64,000 nt of DNA from the NCBI GenBank assembly GCA_000002445.1, contig CM000207.1:992001-1056000 (forward strand), given 5' to 3'. How positions within the stretch are numbered: the stretch's first letter is position 1; each line of letters starts with the position of its first letter. Source of the DNA: Trypanosoma brucei (Eukaryota). The notes beneath the pieces were generated by a model that was given only the letters and a program-made list of their open reading frames with translations, was not told where the DNA came from and ran no database searches. Positions 41,614-52,600 of this stretch are shown in pieces. The translations under genes were made by a program, and so were the position numbers.

Positions 41614-43782
41614 ATGGTTCGTGTGAAGGAAAAGGCTCGGAAGGGTGACGATGCGTTCAAGACACGGAAACAAAAAGTCGGGCGGAAAAAACTCGCCCCG
41701 GCAACAGCCACACGGGCGGAGGTACACGCCCGCACACTTCGCGTAACGACACCAACAGCAATCACTCGAGGGATTCTCGAGAGCGAGGCCGTAAGAACGG
41801 GGGAGAACTGCCAAACTCATAAAGGTGAGAAAGAAAAACGTGTGGTGTCGGCGGACCAATTACACCGAGACTTTAAGGAACATCTTGCGGGCACGAGGCA
41901 TTACAAAAAGGTGGTTCGGTCCACATCCTTCGCATCACTCACGAGGGCCGTCGCTGGGCACTTCTCAGCGGTCGGAAGGGCGGATGACTCATCAGCAATG
42001 GGGAATGAAACGCAACTGAGCCCATTGGAGATTTTGTACGCCTACACGGGAGCACTCGATGCCATGACGGACACTGATGATGACGTCCGACGCGCAGCTT
42101 TGGGCACGTTGAAGGTCATTTTGTATCGACGCAAGCCGGCAGCACAAATCGATGAGCAGGGGAGTGGTGCCATGGAGGCCGGTGGCGGTTCCGCTACGGC
42201 GTTTAACGTGGACCAGGCACGCGCCGCTTTGCGTGTTGTGGATGTAACATTAACCCATGCAATGGTGTCGGTGCGGCGGTCTGGAGTGGAACTGTTACAA
42301 CTCATCTTACAGGTGCAACCACTCAGCGTTAGGGCAGTGTTGAGTGAATCAACCACATGGGTGAAAATGGCAGGTCGTATCTCCAGCATCGTTCTGCCCA
42401 GCACGAGTAACGGAAGCGGCAACAGTCCATCGACAAAAATGTTTCATGTGGTTGCTGACCTACTCGAAACAATGATACCTCTGCATCGAAGTGAGAGTGA
42501 TGCGTGGAATCAGGGGTGCCCGCGAGCGCGACATGCTGTGGATGAAGTGGTTGACAAACAAGGCGAAAGTAACGTATCACTCTCTGCTTTGGTTGCTCAA
42601 TTTTTTGATGAGTGCAGTCCTCGGTGGTGTGTGGCATGGAAGGAACTCATGGAGTTGCGCGCTGCATTATTCCGTGATGTGGAATGGGTGAGACACGCTA
42701 CAGCGCTGGCACGTGCGTTTGCCTGCTGTGCGATGTACCTGTGGGACCATCGCCTGCTTGGCCGAAAGAACTCGCGGCTCATGCACCACCTCTTCACTGT
42801 CAAAGTACCCTTCACTATGCATGAACTGATTGCTCCCAGAGACCCCACTGCAGAAAGCGGTTGTGGGGTTGGTAATGGCAGTAAATGGCGCGTTGAATTA
42901 GCCAACGCCATAGCCAACGCTTGTCTTCCACTCGCCGCCGCAAATGATGACACCTGGGAAGTGTTGCATAACTTCCTCTCGATTAGTTTTCACTGTGCAA
43001 AGGATTCGGACTCCTCAGATGGGACGTCTTCCGCTGGTGAAAGCGGTAAATCCAGGCGTGCTACCCAACTTGTTGGGCCCGTGCGTACTCTGCGAACAGC
43101 GGTGGTACGCCTTCATCAGGCTTTACTTCCACGTTTGCTTCCGATTGCATCACCCCTTCTTCAAATAGTTATGCAAGCGACTAATCTGAGTGACAGTAGC
43201 GAAACAGATCGGTTGGCGTTAGTAGACGTGCTGCTGATGTCGGCGGATGTGTTTTCTTCATTTGTAACCTCGCAAGTCGCCGTGCAAAATCCTCAGAACA
43301 TCCGATACCTTCGTGACGTCGTTTTGGTGGTTCCTCGTTTTTTTTTCGCCCTGCGCGGTCTCCAGATGGAAGCCGCCTGCCTCGACCGCATCGTCTTCTC
43401 TTTCCTGTATCCGTTGTGGAGGGTGGTAAGCAGCGGTCATCCGCTACTGTCTTCACCAATGCCAAACAAATTACCAGGCGGCGCGCCGTCTTCCCCACAG
43501 GTTAATAAAGAAAACAAGCAAAAGATAACAGCTTTGCAACTGCTCGCTCGTTCCTTAACGTCCCTGTTTGAGATTCGCGTACCTGACAGTGGCGGTGAAG
43601 GCACATGCAGATCTGTTGCAGGTGTTCTGCAGCGTTGTAGCGACAGGACGGTGGAGTTAGCAGTGCACACATTGTTTTATGTGGGCGCGACGGTGCCGCC
43701 CACGAGCTGGACACGTGAAAACAATGTACTTTCCCTTCCAACACTCGTGGACACTTTGCCGCGACCCGGTGTTTGTGCGTGA
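41614..43782 (+). CDS. Hypothetical protein, 722 aa, with a basic N-terminus.
   Basis: ATG-initiated + ORF. N-terminal K/R-rich segment (MVRVKEKARKGDDAFKTRKQKVGRKKL). Leucine-rich helical body. No motif recognised. Confidence 0.6.
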   Translation: MVRVKEKARKGDDAFKTRKQKVGRKKLAPATATRAEVHARTLRVTTPTAITRGILESEAVRTGENCQTHKGEKEKRVVSADQLHRDFKEHLAGTRHYKKVVRSTSFASLTRAVAGHFSAVGRADDSSAMGNETQLSPLEILYAYTGALDAMTDTDDDVRRAALGTLKVILYRRKPAAQIDEQGSGAMEAGGGSATAFNVDQARAALRVVDVTLTHAMVSVRRSGVELLQLILQVQPLSVRAVLSESTTWVKMAGRISSIVLPSTSNGSGNSPSTKMFHVVADLLETMIPLHRSESDAWNQGCPRARHAVDEVVDKQGESNVSLSALVAQFFDECSPRWCVAWKELMELRAALFRDVEWVRHATALARAFACCAMYLWDHRLLGRKNSRLMHHLFTVKVPFTMHELIAPRDPTAESGCGVGNGSKWRVELANAIANACLPLAAANDDTWEVLHNFLSISFHCAKDSDSSDGTSSAGESGKSRRATQLVGPVRTLRTAVVRLHQALLPRLLPIASPLLQIVMQATNLSDSSETDRLALVDVLLMSADVFSSFVTSQVAVQNPQNIRYLRDVVLVVPRFFFALRGLQMEAACLDRIVFSFLYPLWRVVSSGHPLLSSPMPNKLPGGAPSSPQVNKENKQKITALQLLARSLTSLFEIRVPDSGGEGTCRSVAGVLQRCSDRTVELAVHTLFYVGATVPPTSWTRENNVLSLPTLVDTLPRPGVCA

Positions 43783-44129
43783 AGGTGATGTGCAGGCCAT
43801 GCAATTTCCAGTTGTGACAGTAATCGAGTAAATTAGTAAGGAAATGGGGGAAACAAAACTTAAAACCATCAGCAAATGCGAGCTCAACAGTAGCGGAGGG
43901 TCTCTACCCCTAACCTCTTTTTGGGGGTGGGGTGGATTATGGTATTCTGTGCACAATACCCCCGCCTCTCAGTTATCTCCCTTTAGACGGTTTTTTTTTT
44001 TTTCCGTCTGTCCGTCCGTTTCTTTGTGGTTTATTTAGCGCAAATAAACGTGCACGTAGTTAAGGGGGAGAAAGCGCGGATAGAGTGATTCAAAAGGTTG
44101 GTGGCCAAAGTTATAGTTGTTAGTGGCGA

Positions 44130-44759
44130 ATGGACGCCGGAAGCGATGAGGCAGTTCAAAAGAAAATGCAGGAATTCCTGTCGAAGGATGCCATGGAGGA
44201 GCTCCGCAACATCGGTGATCGAACGGAAAGTCGCGTGCGTCATGGATTGCTCCCCCGCGACTACCAGCAGCAGCAACATCAAAAGGACTATCAGACGGCT
44301 AACGTCACTCACGAGGAAGAAGTAAATTCCTACATACAGCAACGGCGCACATGGCGGGAAAATGTGTTTTTGCTCCGTGATTTTGAGTACTGGAGACTCC
44401 GAGCAGAATATTATCCATACGTGCGGCGCGGCGATGAACAAAATGACAACTTTTTCATCCGCGGTATTGCCTGCCATCCTCGGCTGAGTGACTACCCAAT
44501 GTGCCGCAAACCGATACAAGATTACTTTGTGTGCCGCGACAAAAATAAGATATTGCAACTGTTCAACCTGTGTGCCCCAATGAAAGAGCAGTTCTGCGCA
44601 TGCATTAACGAAGTGTTCGTGAAGAATCACGAGCGTGGTGACAAGAAGTTTAATGCACAGCGTAATGAGTACTTTGAGGAACAGCGAAATAGGCGACTCT
44701 CAAAGATGATGGCGCATGTGGAGGACTCAATGGAGAAGCGAAAGAAGCTACAGGATTAA
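44130..44759 (+). CDS. Small CHCH-type (twin Cx9C-like) protein, 209 aa. Likely mitochondrial intermembrane-space protein, possibly an NDUFB7-like complex I subunit.
   Basis: CHPRLSDYPMC is an exact Cx9C. It is followed by CRDKNKILQLFNLC and CAPMKEQFCAC, with surrounding helices and a basic C-terminus. This pattern resembles NDUFB7 (...[24 protein letters not shown]...). Confidence 0.5.
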   Translation: MDAGSDEAVQKKMQEFLSKDAMEELRNIGDRTESRVRHGLLPRDYQQQQHQKDYQTANVTHEEEVNSYIQQRRTWRENVFLLRDFEYWRLRAEYYPYVRRGDEQNDNFFIRGIACHPRLSDYPMCRKPIQDYFVCRDKNKILQLFNLCAPMKEQFCACINEVFVKNHERGDKKFNAQRNEYFEEQRNRRLSKMMAHVEDSMEKRKKLQD

Positions 44760-45569
44760 ATAAGACATCAAATTTGAAAGGGATAACGTGCGGAATGGTG
44801 ACAAGAGTGTCACTTGCAACGCTCCTTCCCTCTACCCAAATCTTCCATTATCGTTATGTTCACTATTCTCCCTTGTCTCCCTTCTCTTACCTTATTTTCC
44901 GTTCATCACAACTAATGTGACTGTTATTTGTTTTTACTTACCGCCTGCGGATGTTGAACTTTCGCGGCAGAAAACTTCTTCTAGTTGCGGGGTGGGGAGG
45001 CTGCTATATTAGTATTCTTTTATCGGTTATATGTTGTTCCGGAGGCGCGCGCACGTGTTGAAAAAATGGTTACTATTCGTTTATTTACTGGGGGCTTAAT
45101 GGGAAAAAAAAAGGATAATACTAGATGTCTAACCGATGGCCAAACGCGGTACCCCCTTGTTCAGTGGGGTGCGCTTTGATATCGGCGTCGGATGAGTGAC
45201 GTGAGGTACCCTCAAAGAAATTGTTCGGGTATGTTGGGCTGCTTTCCAATTCCTTGGGTGAACTTCAAGGAATGAAACTAGAACCAGTGTTTAGGAAATG
45301 GAAACCATTACAAATACATACACAACACACATACTAGGGCTCAGTGTCGTCACGCCCCGGGAACTTTCCATCCACTTCATTAAACGATGAGTGTGTTACC
45401 CCAATCGCATACTCCCATGCCACTTCCCCGTTTTCCCTCCCCTTCCCCCCCCCTTGCATTAACAAATGCTCCGTTTTCCTCTTGTACTTTTGCCTCCTCG
45501 GAGCAAAAATACGCCCATTACTGACTGGGAAAAGTCCACGTAGAGGGACTACGTTACAGCTAGTAATAT

Positions 45570-46976
45570 ATGAAGACTGTAATTTCCACTGCTTTTGCAC
45601 GCGTTGGTGAGCTTGCTTGTCAGCAGGATTCATTCCTGCGTGAGATAACCGCTCGTGTCGTATCCTGCGAGGCTGCCGCTGTGAACAGAAACAATAGTGG
45701 TGCCTCCGGTAAAAAGAGCAAAAGTAGCGGTACACAAGTGGAGCTGCCGCAAAGCTACGACGTGATACTCACCGACTCTGTTCTGTTTCCCGACGGTGGT
45801 GGGCAACCGTGCGACCATGGTGTTCTTATCCGGCGAGAAACAAACGAGGAACTGCCGGTCCGTGTGGTTCAGCGGCGAGGTGATTCGTGTGTGATGAATT
45901 TGCCGTGCATGCTCAAAGTCGGTGAGGACGTCCAACTCCGGGTTGACTGGGACCGCCGTCTCGACCACATGCAGCACCACTCCGCGCAGCATTTGTTGAC
46001 TGCTGTCGTTGAAGACCCCAGTTTCTGTGGTTTGCCAACAGTGTCGTGGGCGCTAACGCAGCCATACTGTCATATCGTTCTTCCAACAGGAAAAAGGATT
46101 GAGCCTGAGATGTTGCAGCGAATCGAAGAGCACTGCAATCGTGTCATTGCGCGGGCGGTTCCTGTACGGTGCAGAGTATACAGCAGCAAAGAGGAGTATG
46201 AAAACGACTTGCAGAGGGAGCCGGAGAAAAATGACGACGGAGGAAGGCTGCGCGGCTCGCGACCCATTCCTCCAGATGTTGCGGGGCCCATTCGTATAAT
46301 TGATATGGAGGGTATTGACTGTTGCACTTGTTGTGGCACTCACGTCACCAACTTGGCGCAGTTGCAAGTATTGAAGCTCCTACACCAAGAAACCAAAGGA
46401 GATACACTGAAACTGTTCTTCATTGCAGGTGAACGCGTGAGGCGTTTCTTCGGCGACATGTATGGTCGCGAGAGGGAGCTAATGAAAGAAATGGGTGGCA
46501 TACGGCCTGAAGATTTCGTTTCGGCAGCCATTCGAAAGGGAAAAGACTTCGTGGAGCTGGAGAAACGATTGAAGCACATGACTCAAGAGCTTATGAAACT
46601 GCGGAGCGAGAAACTTATCGCAGAGGCAAAACAGTTGTCAGAAAACGGGAAGGGTGACAGTGCCAGTCACAGGCCTCCTGTTGTCGTTTACCGTCGCGAT
46701 GATGTTGACGCAGATTTCTTCAGCGGACTTCGGGATGAACTGCGACAAGCGTGTCCCAACTGTGTCGGTGTCTTTGCTTGGGCAATGGCTCCTCTAACCG
46801 CAGCCAAAACGGGGCAATTTATGATTGTTGGCCCAACTGAAAGTGTAGAGGTTTTGGCGCCGGTTGTGTGTGCAGCTCTCGAGGGTAAGGGAGGCATGTC
46901 GAAGTTTGGCTACCGTGGAAAGGGAAGCCTTTGCGCTTGGGAAGATCTCGTGAAGGAGTTGACTTCCAAGGGGTAA
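45570..46976 (+). CDS. AARSD1: Alanyl-tRNA editing protein (AlaX/AARSD1 homologue; alanyl- or threonyl-tRNA synthetase second additional domain).
   Basis: Match to human AARSD1 along the whole length: CQQDSFLREITARVVSC vs CQRDSYAREFTTTVVSC; VLFPDGGGQPCDHG; VDWDRRLDHMQHHSAQHLLTA (the HxxxH zinc motif); GPIRIIDMEGIDCCTCCGTHV (the CxxxH motif); C-terminal ALEGKGGMSKFGYRGKG. Confidence 0.9.
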   Translation: MKTVISTAFARVGELACQQDSFLREITARVVSCEAAAVNRNNSGASGKKSKSSGTQVELPQSYDVILTDSVLFPDGGGQPCDHGVLIRRETNEELPVRVVQRRGDSCVMNLPCMLKVGEDVQLRVDWDRRLDHMQHHSAQHLLTAVVEDPSFCGLPTVSWALTQPYCHIVLPTGKRIEPEMLQRIEEHCNRVIARAVPVRCRVYSSKEEYENDLQREPEKNDDGGRLRGSRPIPPDVAGPIRIIDMEGIDCCTCCGTHVTNLAQLQVLKLLHQETKGDTLKLFFIAGERVRRFFGDMYGRERELMKEMGGIRPEDFVSAAIRKGKDFVELEKRLKHMTQELMKLRSEKLIAEAKQLSENGKGDSASHRPPVVVYRRDDVDADFFSGLRDELRQACPNCVGVFAWAMAPLTAAKTGQFMIVGPTESVEVLAPVVCAALEGKGGMSKFGYRGKGSLCAWEDLVKELTSKG

Positions 46977-47606
46977 ATATTTTCATTTTACTGGCGGGTC
47001 CCCGTCTCTGCACACCTGAGGAGGAGGAGGAGGAGCCTCAGCTCTTAGCAGGGCCAAGATTCCCTTATCCGTTTCAGCTTATCGCGATTACAGAATTATT
47101 GTCAATTTCATCCAATGACACTGACTTTGGTGGGATAATCTCTGCAGTGTGCAGTTGTTGGTCATTGTTTTTTTTTATTTTTCTCCTTACATGCACGGCG
47201 TAGCTGTCCCCGCGCGGTAGCAAAGTCTTCTGGGTGCGGTGGTCATTGATGGTCACTGCGTCGTGCTTTTTTTCCTCCTATTGGTACCTCTTTTCCCCCC
47301 TTTCCCAAAATTCGTTGTGTTCCCTTTTTTTTTTCTCTTCTTGCTTTTATCCCACCAGCCCCTCAAGTAAGGAGTGTGCCATAACTCACCGAATACTCTG
47401 CTCTGGATACGACACCGTACGAGACCTCCGTATAGCGTACTACAAGCACACGCTCACACCATATATAAACGTACGGAAACGCAAAGCATTTGATTTACCA
47501 AAAGAGAAGGGGGCGAAAAAAAAAATAGTTAAAGGTTGTGGTTGTTTGCACGTGGTGTGCACTGCGGCACTGAGCCATCGTGAGTCTTTTACCTTTTTTT
47601 TTCTAC

Positions 47607-49265
47607 ATGGCAGTTGATCGTATCGGAAACGAGGAGGGCACTACTAAACGGAAAGGGCATGGGTTGCTGTGCCTTCCTGCTGGTGTGATTAAGGAAGTGC
47701 TTTCCTTCCTCCCAGCGACGATAACAGTGCGGGTTATGACCTTTGTTGCGCCTCGGTTTGCATACATTACAAGGAGTGATATACATTGGATGAGCGTGTG
47801 GAACGCATACATAAATGAGTGCACTAGTCGATACTCGCAGAGTGGCCCATTATCTCATCGAAAGGACCGTTTAGAAATGTTGTGCGCGAGCGGGAAAAGT
47901 TATAGCGGGCCGATAATACTTCTCGCGTCGGTGCCGAAGCGGGCGCTACCGAACACGCGTGTCACTAGCAGAGGAAGTGGAAAAATAGCACTAGTGGAAT
48001 GGCGAGACGACCCCAACAGTGAGAAAGAAGGGGGAAAGTGCGACTGCGTGGTGCACCTTATCTTACCAATCAGGTCACTGCCATCACTGTCTGGTAGTCC
48101 GGTCATCGCATCTACTGAGCGCATGGCTGCCCTCCGAATTTCAAGGGTGGAGGATCGCGAAGGGAATGAGGTCGACCATCCTAACGACGGCGAGCACAAT
48201 AGTTTAGGTGTTGGTGTATGCAATACGATGCTGTTACGTAAGGCACTGTGTTTCCTCCACGGTAACAACAGTAACATGCTATTTATTAGGCCAATGATCG
48301 ACGGGCTGCATGCTGTACGACTTCTCTTTTTCTCTTCCAAACAATCTAGCCTCGACCGGCGCGAGGGCACAGCTGAGGAACAGGAAGCGACAATTGTTGA
48401 GTTCATCAACGCTGTTGCATACGCATTGGAGTGCTGCACTTCTCGAAAAGCGTTAGCGCCGGCGGGGACAGCTCGCTTGGCGACGCTGTATTTGGAGACG
48501 GGTTCGGAATCTGTCTTCACGATCGGAAATGACGCTGCAACCGTTGCTGAAAATGCGATCGCCGTAGAAGCTGCCGAAACGGCATCTGGCGGCAGCAACG
48601 ATGGTATATTTTTCTCTCTATTTGACTCACAACCTTCGGAAAAACCGGAAGCCGGTGCGAACGGGCTACGGTACAGCAGTGTGAGCACCCAAGTGTATCT
48701 TTTCCTTCTTCAGCACGTCAGCTTCTCGGACGTGCACGTGCATGTCTTGGAGAACGAGCGAAAGTGTGCAGTGTGTAGCAGGGTACTGAGTCCAACAGGA
48801 CGTGCGGTAGAGTTCCGCTTTTTCTATTCATTGTTTCTTGGTGGCTATCCTCGTTTCTTCGCTAAGATGGTTTTTGCTGAGGCCGATCTCCCACGCACGC
48901 GGATCCAACAGGTCTTCGAGCGTAACTGTAGTCGATATGTGCCAACTTCAGCGACTGATTATTCGTCTAACGAAGAGGATGAAAATGAGGAAGAAACGTT
49001 ACCAATGCTGTGTAATTCGTTCTGTGGGGGATACGGGCGGGTGGAAGTGGACATAAAACCAACCATATCACGAGATGGTTTTGAACGGCTGCGTGAGGCG
49101 CTTGGCTTATCCGCTGCAGTTCTTCCCATGCCAATGCTTTGGAATGTTGTGATGTTGGCAACCGGTGTGGGTGGTGTGGTACTGCGTGAGCAGCAGTCGT
49201 GTTTCGCATCCTACTACAGGACGTCATTCGCCGCCGCCTTTGAGCAGGAGTTTGAGTCCAGTTGA
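47607..49265 (+). CDS. Hypothetical protein of about 552 aa with an N-terminal F-box-like motif.
   Basis: LLCLPAGVIKEVLSFLPATITVRVMTFVAPRF fits the F-box L-P-x-E/V-I/L-x-x-I/V-L-x-x-L core loosely. First ATG after a GTG track start. A T11 run lies immediately 5' of the ATG. Confidence 0.45.
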   Translation: MAVDRIGNEEGTTKRKGHGLLCLPAGVIKEVLSFLPATITVRVMTFVAPRFAYITRSDIHWMSVWNAYINECTSRYSQSGPLSHRKDRLEMLCASGKSYSGPIILLASVPKRALPNTRVTSRGSGKIALVEWRDDPNSEKEGGKCDCVVHLILPIRSLPSLSGSPVIASTERMAALRISRVEDREGNEVDHPNDGEHNSLGVGVCNTMLLRKALCFLHGNNSNMLFIRPMIDGLHAVRLLFFSSKQSSLDRREGTAEEQEATIVEFINAVAYALECCTSRKALAPAGTARLATLYLETGSESVFTIGNDAATVAENAIAVEAAETASGGSNDGIFFSLFDSQPSEKPEAGANGLRYSSVSTQVYLFLLQHVSFSDVHVHVLENERKCAVCSRVLSPTGRAVEFRFFYSLFLGGYPRFFAKMVFAEADLPRTRIQQVFERNCSRYVPTSATDYSSNEEDENEEETLPMLCNSFCGGYGRVEVDIKPTISRDGFERLREALGLSAAVLPMPMLWNVVMLATGVGGVVLREQQSCFASYYRTSFAAAFEQEFESS

Positions 49266-49613
49266 GTTTACGAGTGAGTGAAGGTAAAAAAAATTGCGGA
49301 TGGGTGTGGGTGTGGGTGTTTATTGTACGTTAAGCGTTAGTGCAGAGCATATTGCTTGTGTCGCGCCGCTGGTACCCAGTGTCCACGGGAAAAGGAGACG
49401 CCACGACCAACTGTACGCATAGACACATCTGGAACTACTGCGTTTGCATTTGTAAATAGGTGAGATGTCGAATATATGTGTATCTTCTTTTCTGTTGCAC
49501 ATCTTGGCTTGGTACGGCTGTGAGTAAGTGGGGAACTACGACCCACAAACACTGCACAAGGGGAGAATACTTAGTCAAGCGCATATAGTGTCTTCTCTAT
49601 TTTTGATGTAGGC

Positions 49614-52600
49614 ATGAAGAGGTGCCGCGCTTACTTTGTCGGGGAGGTTGCGCTCACCGGGGTCGGTGCTTTTCAGGGACGGTGGTGCCAGCCGGCATGC
49701 AAGTCGCAGTTGCAAAGCACGCAGAAACAAGGACGACCCGATGGCCTTACGGTGTCGTTGATGCGCTTATCGGCGTCACAGCGGCGCACGGCCTCCGTAG
49801 CATATGCCCACGGAAATGAAGAGCGACAACTGCTCCCAACGAGTTACAAGAATGTTGCAGCACCGCGCCTCCTGCACGTACTCTTGCTGAAGTGCCGGCA
49901 GAAGACCGCCAAGCCGTCCATTTTGGATGTTGAAGCTGTACCGGAAGTCTCCATGCTAGCAGGTGCGCAGCGAGACGCGGACGAGTCCGGTGGAAAATGG
50001 CATGCGGCTTTCCGGTTGTTCAGTGAAGCGATACAGCGCCGCGGAGTGCTACCCAACATTGCTCACATTAATGTGCTGCTTGGAATTACTGTACGTGAGC
50101 GCCGTTGGCCGCAAAAGGCGGAAGTGGAAAAATTTGTCGAACGGTTCCTTGAAGCCGCGGAGTGCATGGGTGACGAAAGGAAAGAGTATCTGGCGGAGCA
50201 GTTGCAAACGGGTGCTAAAGGCAATGAATGCACTGTGGATGATGTATCCATCCAGCAACTGATTACGGCTATGCGACCGACAGCAGAGACGTACGAATGG
50301 CTCATGGAGGCCGCCGTAAGACAGCGAGACTGGGAAGCGGCACTCACATACTTCGGCGACGCACGTGCTGCGTGCCTACCAATTAGTGACCTCTCACTTC
50401 GTTTGTCCCTTCGCGCCTATCGAATTGCTGGCGTGCACTCAATCTTCAAGACGACCAAAAGAGATCGGCGCGCAGTGCAAATGATGTCACTCCGCACGGA
50501 TCAAAGAGGGCCTGCACTCCGATCCTCGGCGGCGCCGGCGTCACTGCGCGGTGTGGCTAACGCAGTGCGAGTGGAATCGGAGGATGTGCGGTATGTGTGG
50601 CAAGCTGCCCTCTCACTGTTTGAGTCCTACAAGCATCGTGTGCATGAGGGACAGACGATAGGGCTCTTTATGACGATGATGACGGAGGCCGGGCAGTACC
50701 AACAGGTTATTCGTACGCACTCTGAATGTCATCGTACCCTTATTGTCGATGAAGATGTACTCCTTACTGTGAGCAGGGCAGCACGAGAACTTGGTGACTG
50801 GGTTTTGAGCCTGCGTTTGCTCGAGGAAAGCAGTGCAAAAGCTTCAGGGCTGCCGCAATCGATACTGGAAAACACCGTGCATACCTTGCGACGGACCGGA
50901 CACTACAGGGAGATACTGCTACTTCATGCGCAGCTTCCGCCCATATTCTGGTCTGCTGGGGCCTATGTAGTTCTCGCTCAAGCCGCGGTAGTGCAACGGG
51001 AGCTGCCCTTGCTCCTATCGCTTCTTACGGACGAAGAAGACAGATATGAAGACGCACAAATGCCACACGATGTGGATACTGCAGCTCATACATCGTTACA
51101 ACGAAATCTTTCTTTCAACGTTACAACCGCTGCGTCGATGTGTACAGGAAGGCAAAAGCAAACACCGCTGGAAATGTTTGACGTGGCCCTACGGGCCATT
51201 CAGGTTGAGCTCATTCATCGTCGGTGCAAACGTGCTGGCGATTCTAGTACCAGTACAGGTAGCGGAAGCATTGGCACGGGCAGCGGCAACTGCCAAGCAG
51301 GGTCGGTGACGCCACGATACGATTCCGTGGCAAGTCTCGCCTCGCTCTCTGTTGCTATCTACGAAAAGTTCCTGCATGTGTCAACACGTCAACTGAAGAA
51401 GTGGGAGCGCGACAATTGGCCCTCCGGCTCCACATTGACTATCTATGCGCCACTTTTAAAGCTTCTTGCTGTACCGCTCTGTGAAAATCATACCGTTGTT
51501 TCCACTAACAAGAACGTGCGCGGCTCCCCCTGCGCCCCTTGGGAAGTGGCCCTCGCGCATGTGGCATTGATCAGGAGGCCTGACGCTCCGCTAATATGCC
51601 TTGCCGCCCACCTACTGCAGCGGTATCAGCAATGGGAGGCAGCCTTCAAGTTGCTGTCCCACGTGGAGCACAACGACGAGTTGGCTCAGTCTGCCGCTTT
51701 TAAATTACGTTGTGCTCTGCAACTGGGGCCGTCTCGGGCGTCGGCATCAGTGGAGCCATCAAGTTATCGTTGCACGATCATTTCCGCCACCTCCGTCCGT
51801 TATGCCGTGTTAAGCGCCGCCGCCCACCGACCAGCTGCGGCGCTCCATCTCGTACAGTATGCACTGGCACACAGCTGGATCGACAGTGGTATGGCGTTGC
51901 AGCTGCTGCAGCACATACAACGCAATATGAAAGAACCGGTGCAGCGCCGCACTGGCGGCAGACAAGCGACAGCGTCGAATTCCCACATTGGCATGATCGG
52001 CGGTGAAACCGATAGCTACACTCTATCATGTGATGCTATCGTTTTTTTCAAAGAATTTGTTTCTCTTTGGAGCCAGCAGAGTTGTGTGGTGGCCCCACTT
52101 GCACCTCTCTTCAATGAGATATTAATATTCCTGCAGCGTGGACCTCATACGGACCCATCAATATCGTCGTTCACTGCTTTATGTGGTTCAATAGCAAACG
52201 TCCTCCGTCGACTCTCCACCGAATGGAAAGTGGAGCAACACGCTGATGTGGAGCTGGCGCTGGTTGCAGCGGTCCACGCAACTGTGCACCACGTGGGGGC
52301 TTCTACGTTGAGCCGACGAGCTCTCTGGTCGGAGTGTCTGTGTCTCGTTCAGCTCTTCCACAGTCCACTCATTCGTCGAACCTATACCGTAGGAGTACTG
52401 GAGGTAAATGAGGCAACATTTCGTGTGCTCCGTACGTTTATATCAAATTGTAATCGGTCTGAGGAGGCGTTTGTGGAGGGTATCGCGTTTCAGTGGTTGC
52501 TGCCAGGGAAAGTACTGGAACTTCCTCAACTGGAAGAAATTTTTAGGGCACCAGGTGGCCTCACAAGCGCTGCAAATGCTTCGGTGTGGTGGTCGTTGGG

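Noticed and set aside
47900-48688. 262-aa minus-strand ORF antisense to the F-box-like gene. Also the 184-aa minus ORF 54878-55432 and others inside the 2550-aa gene.
   Set aside because: They lie wholly within strong + strand coding regions, are Ser/Arg/Ala-rich as expected for antisense of GC-rich codons, and no other minus-strand gene exists in the 64 kb.
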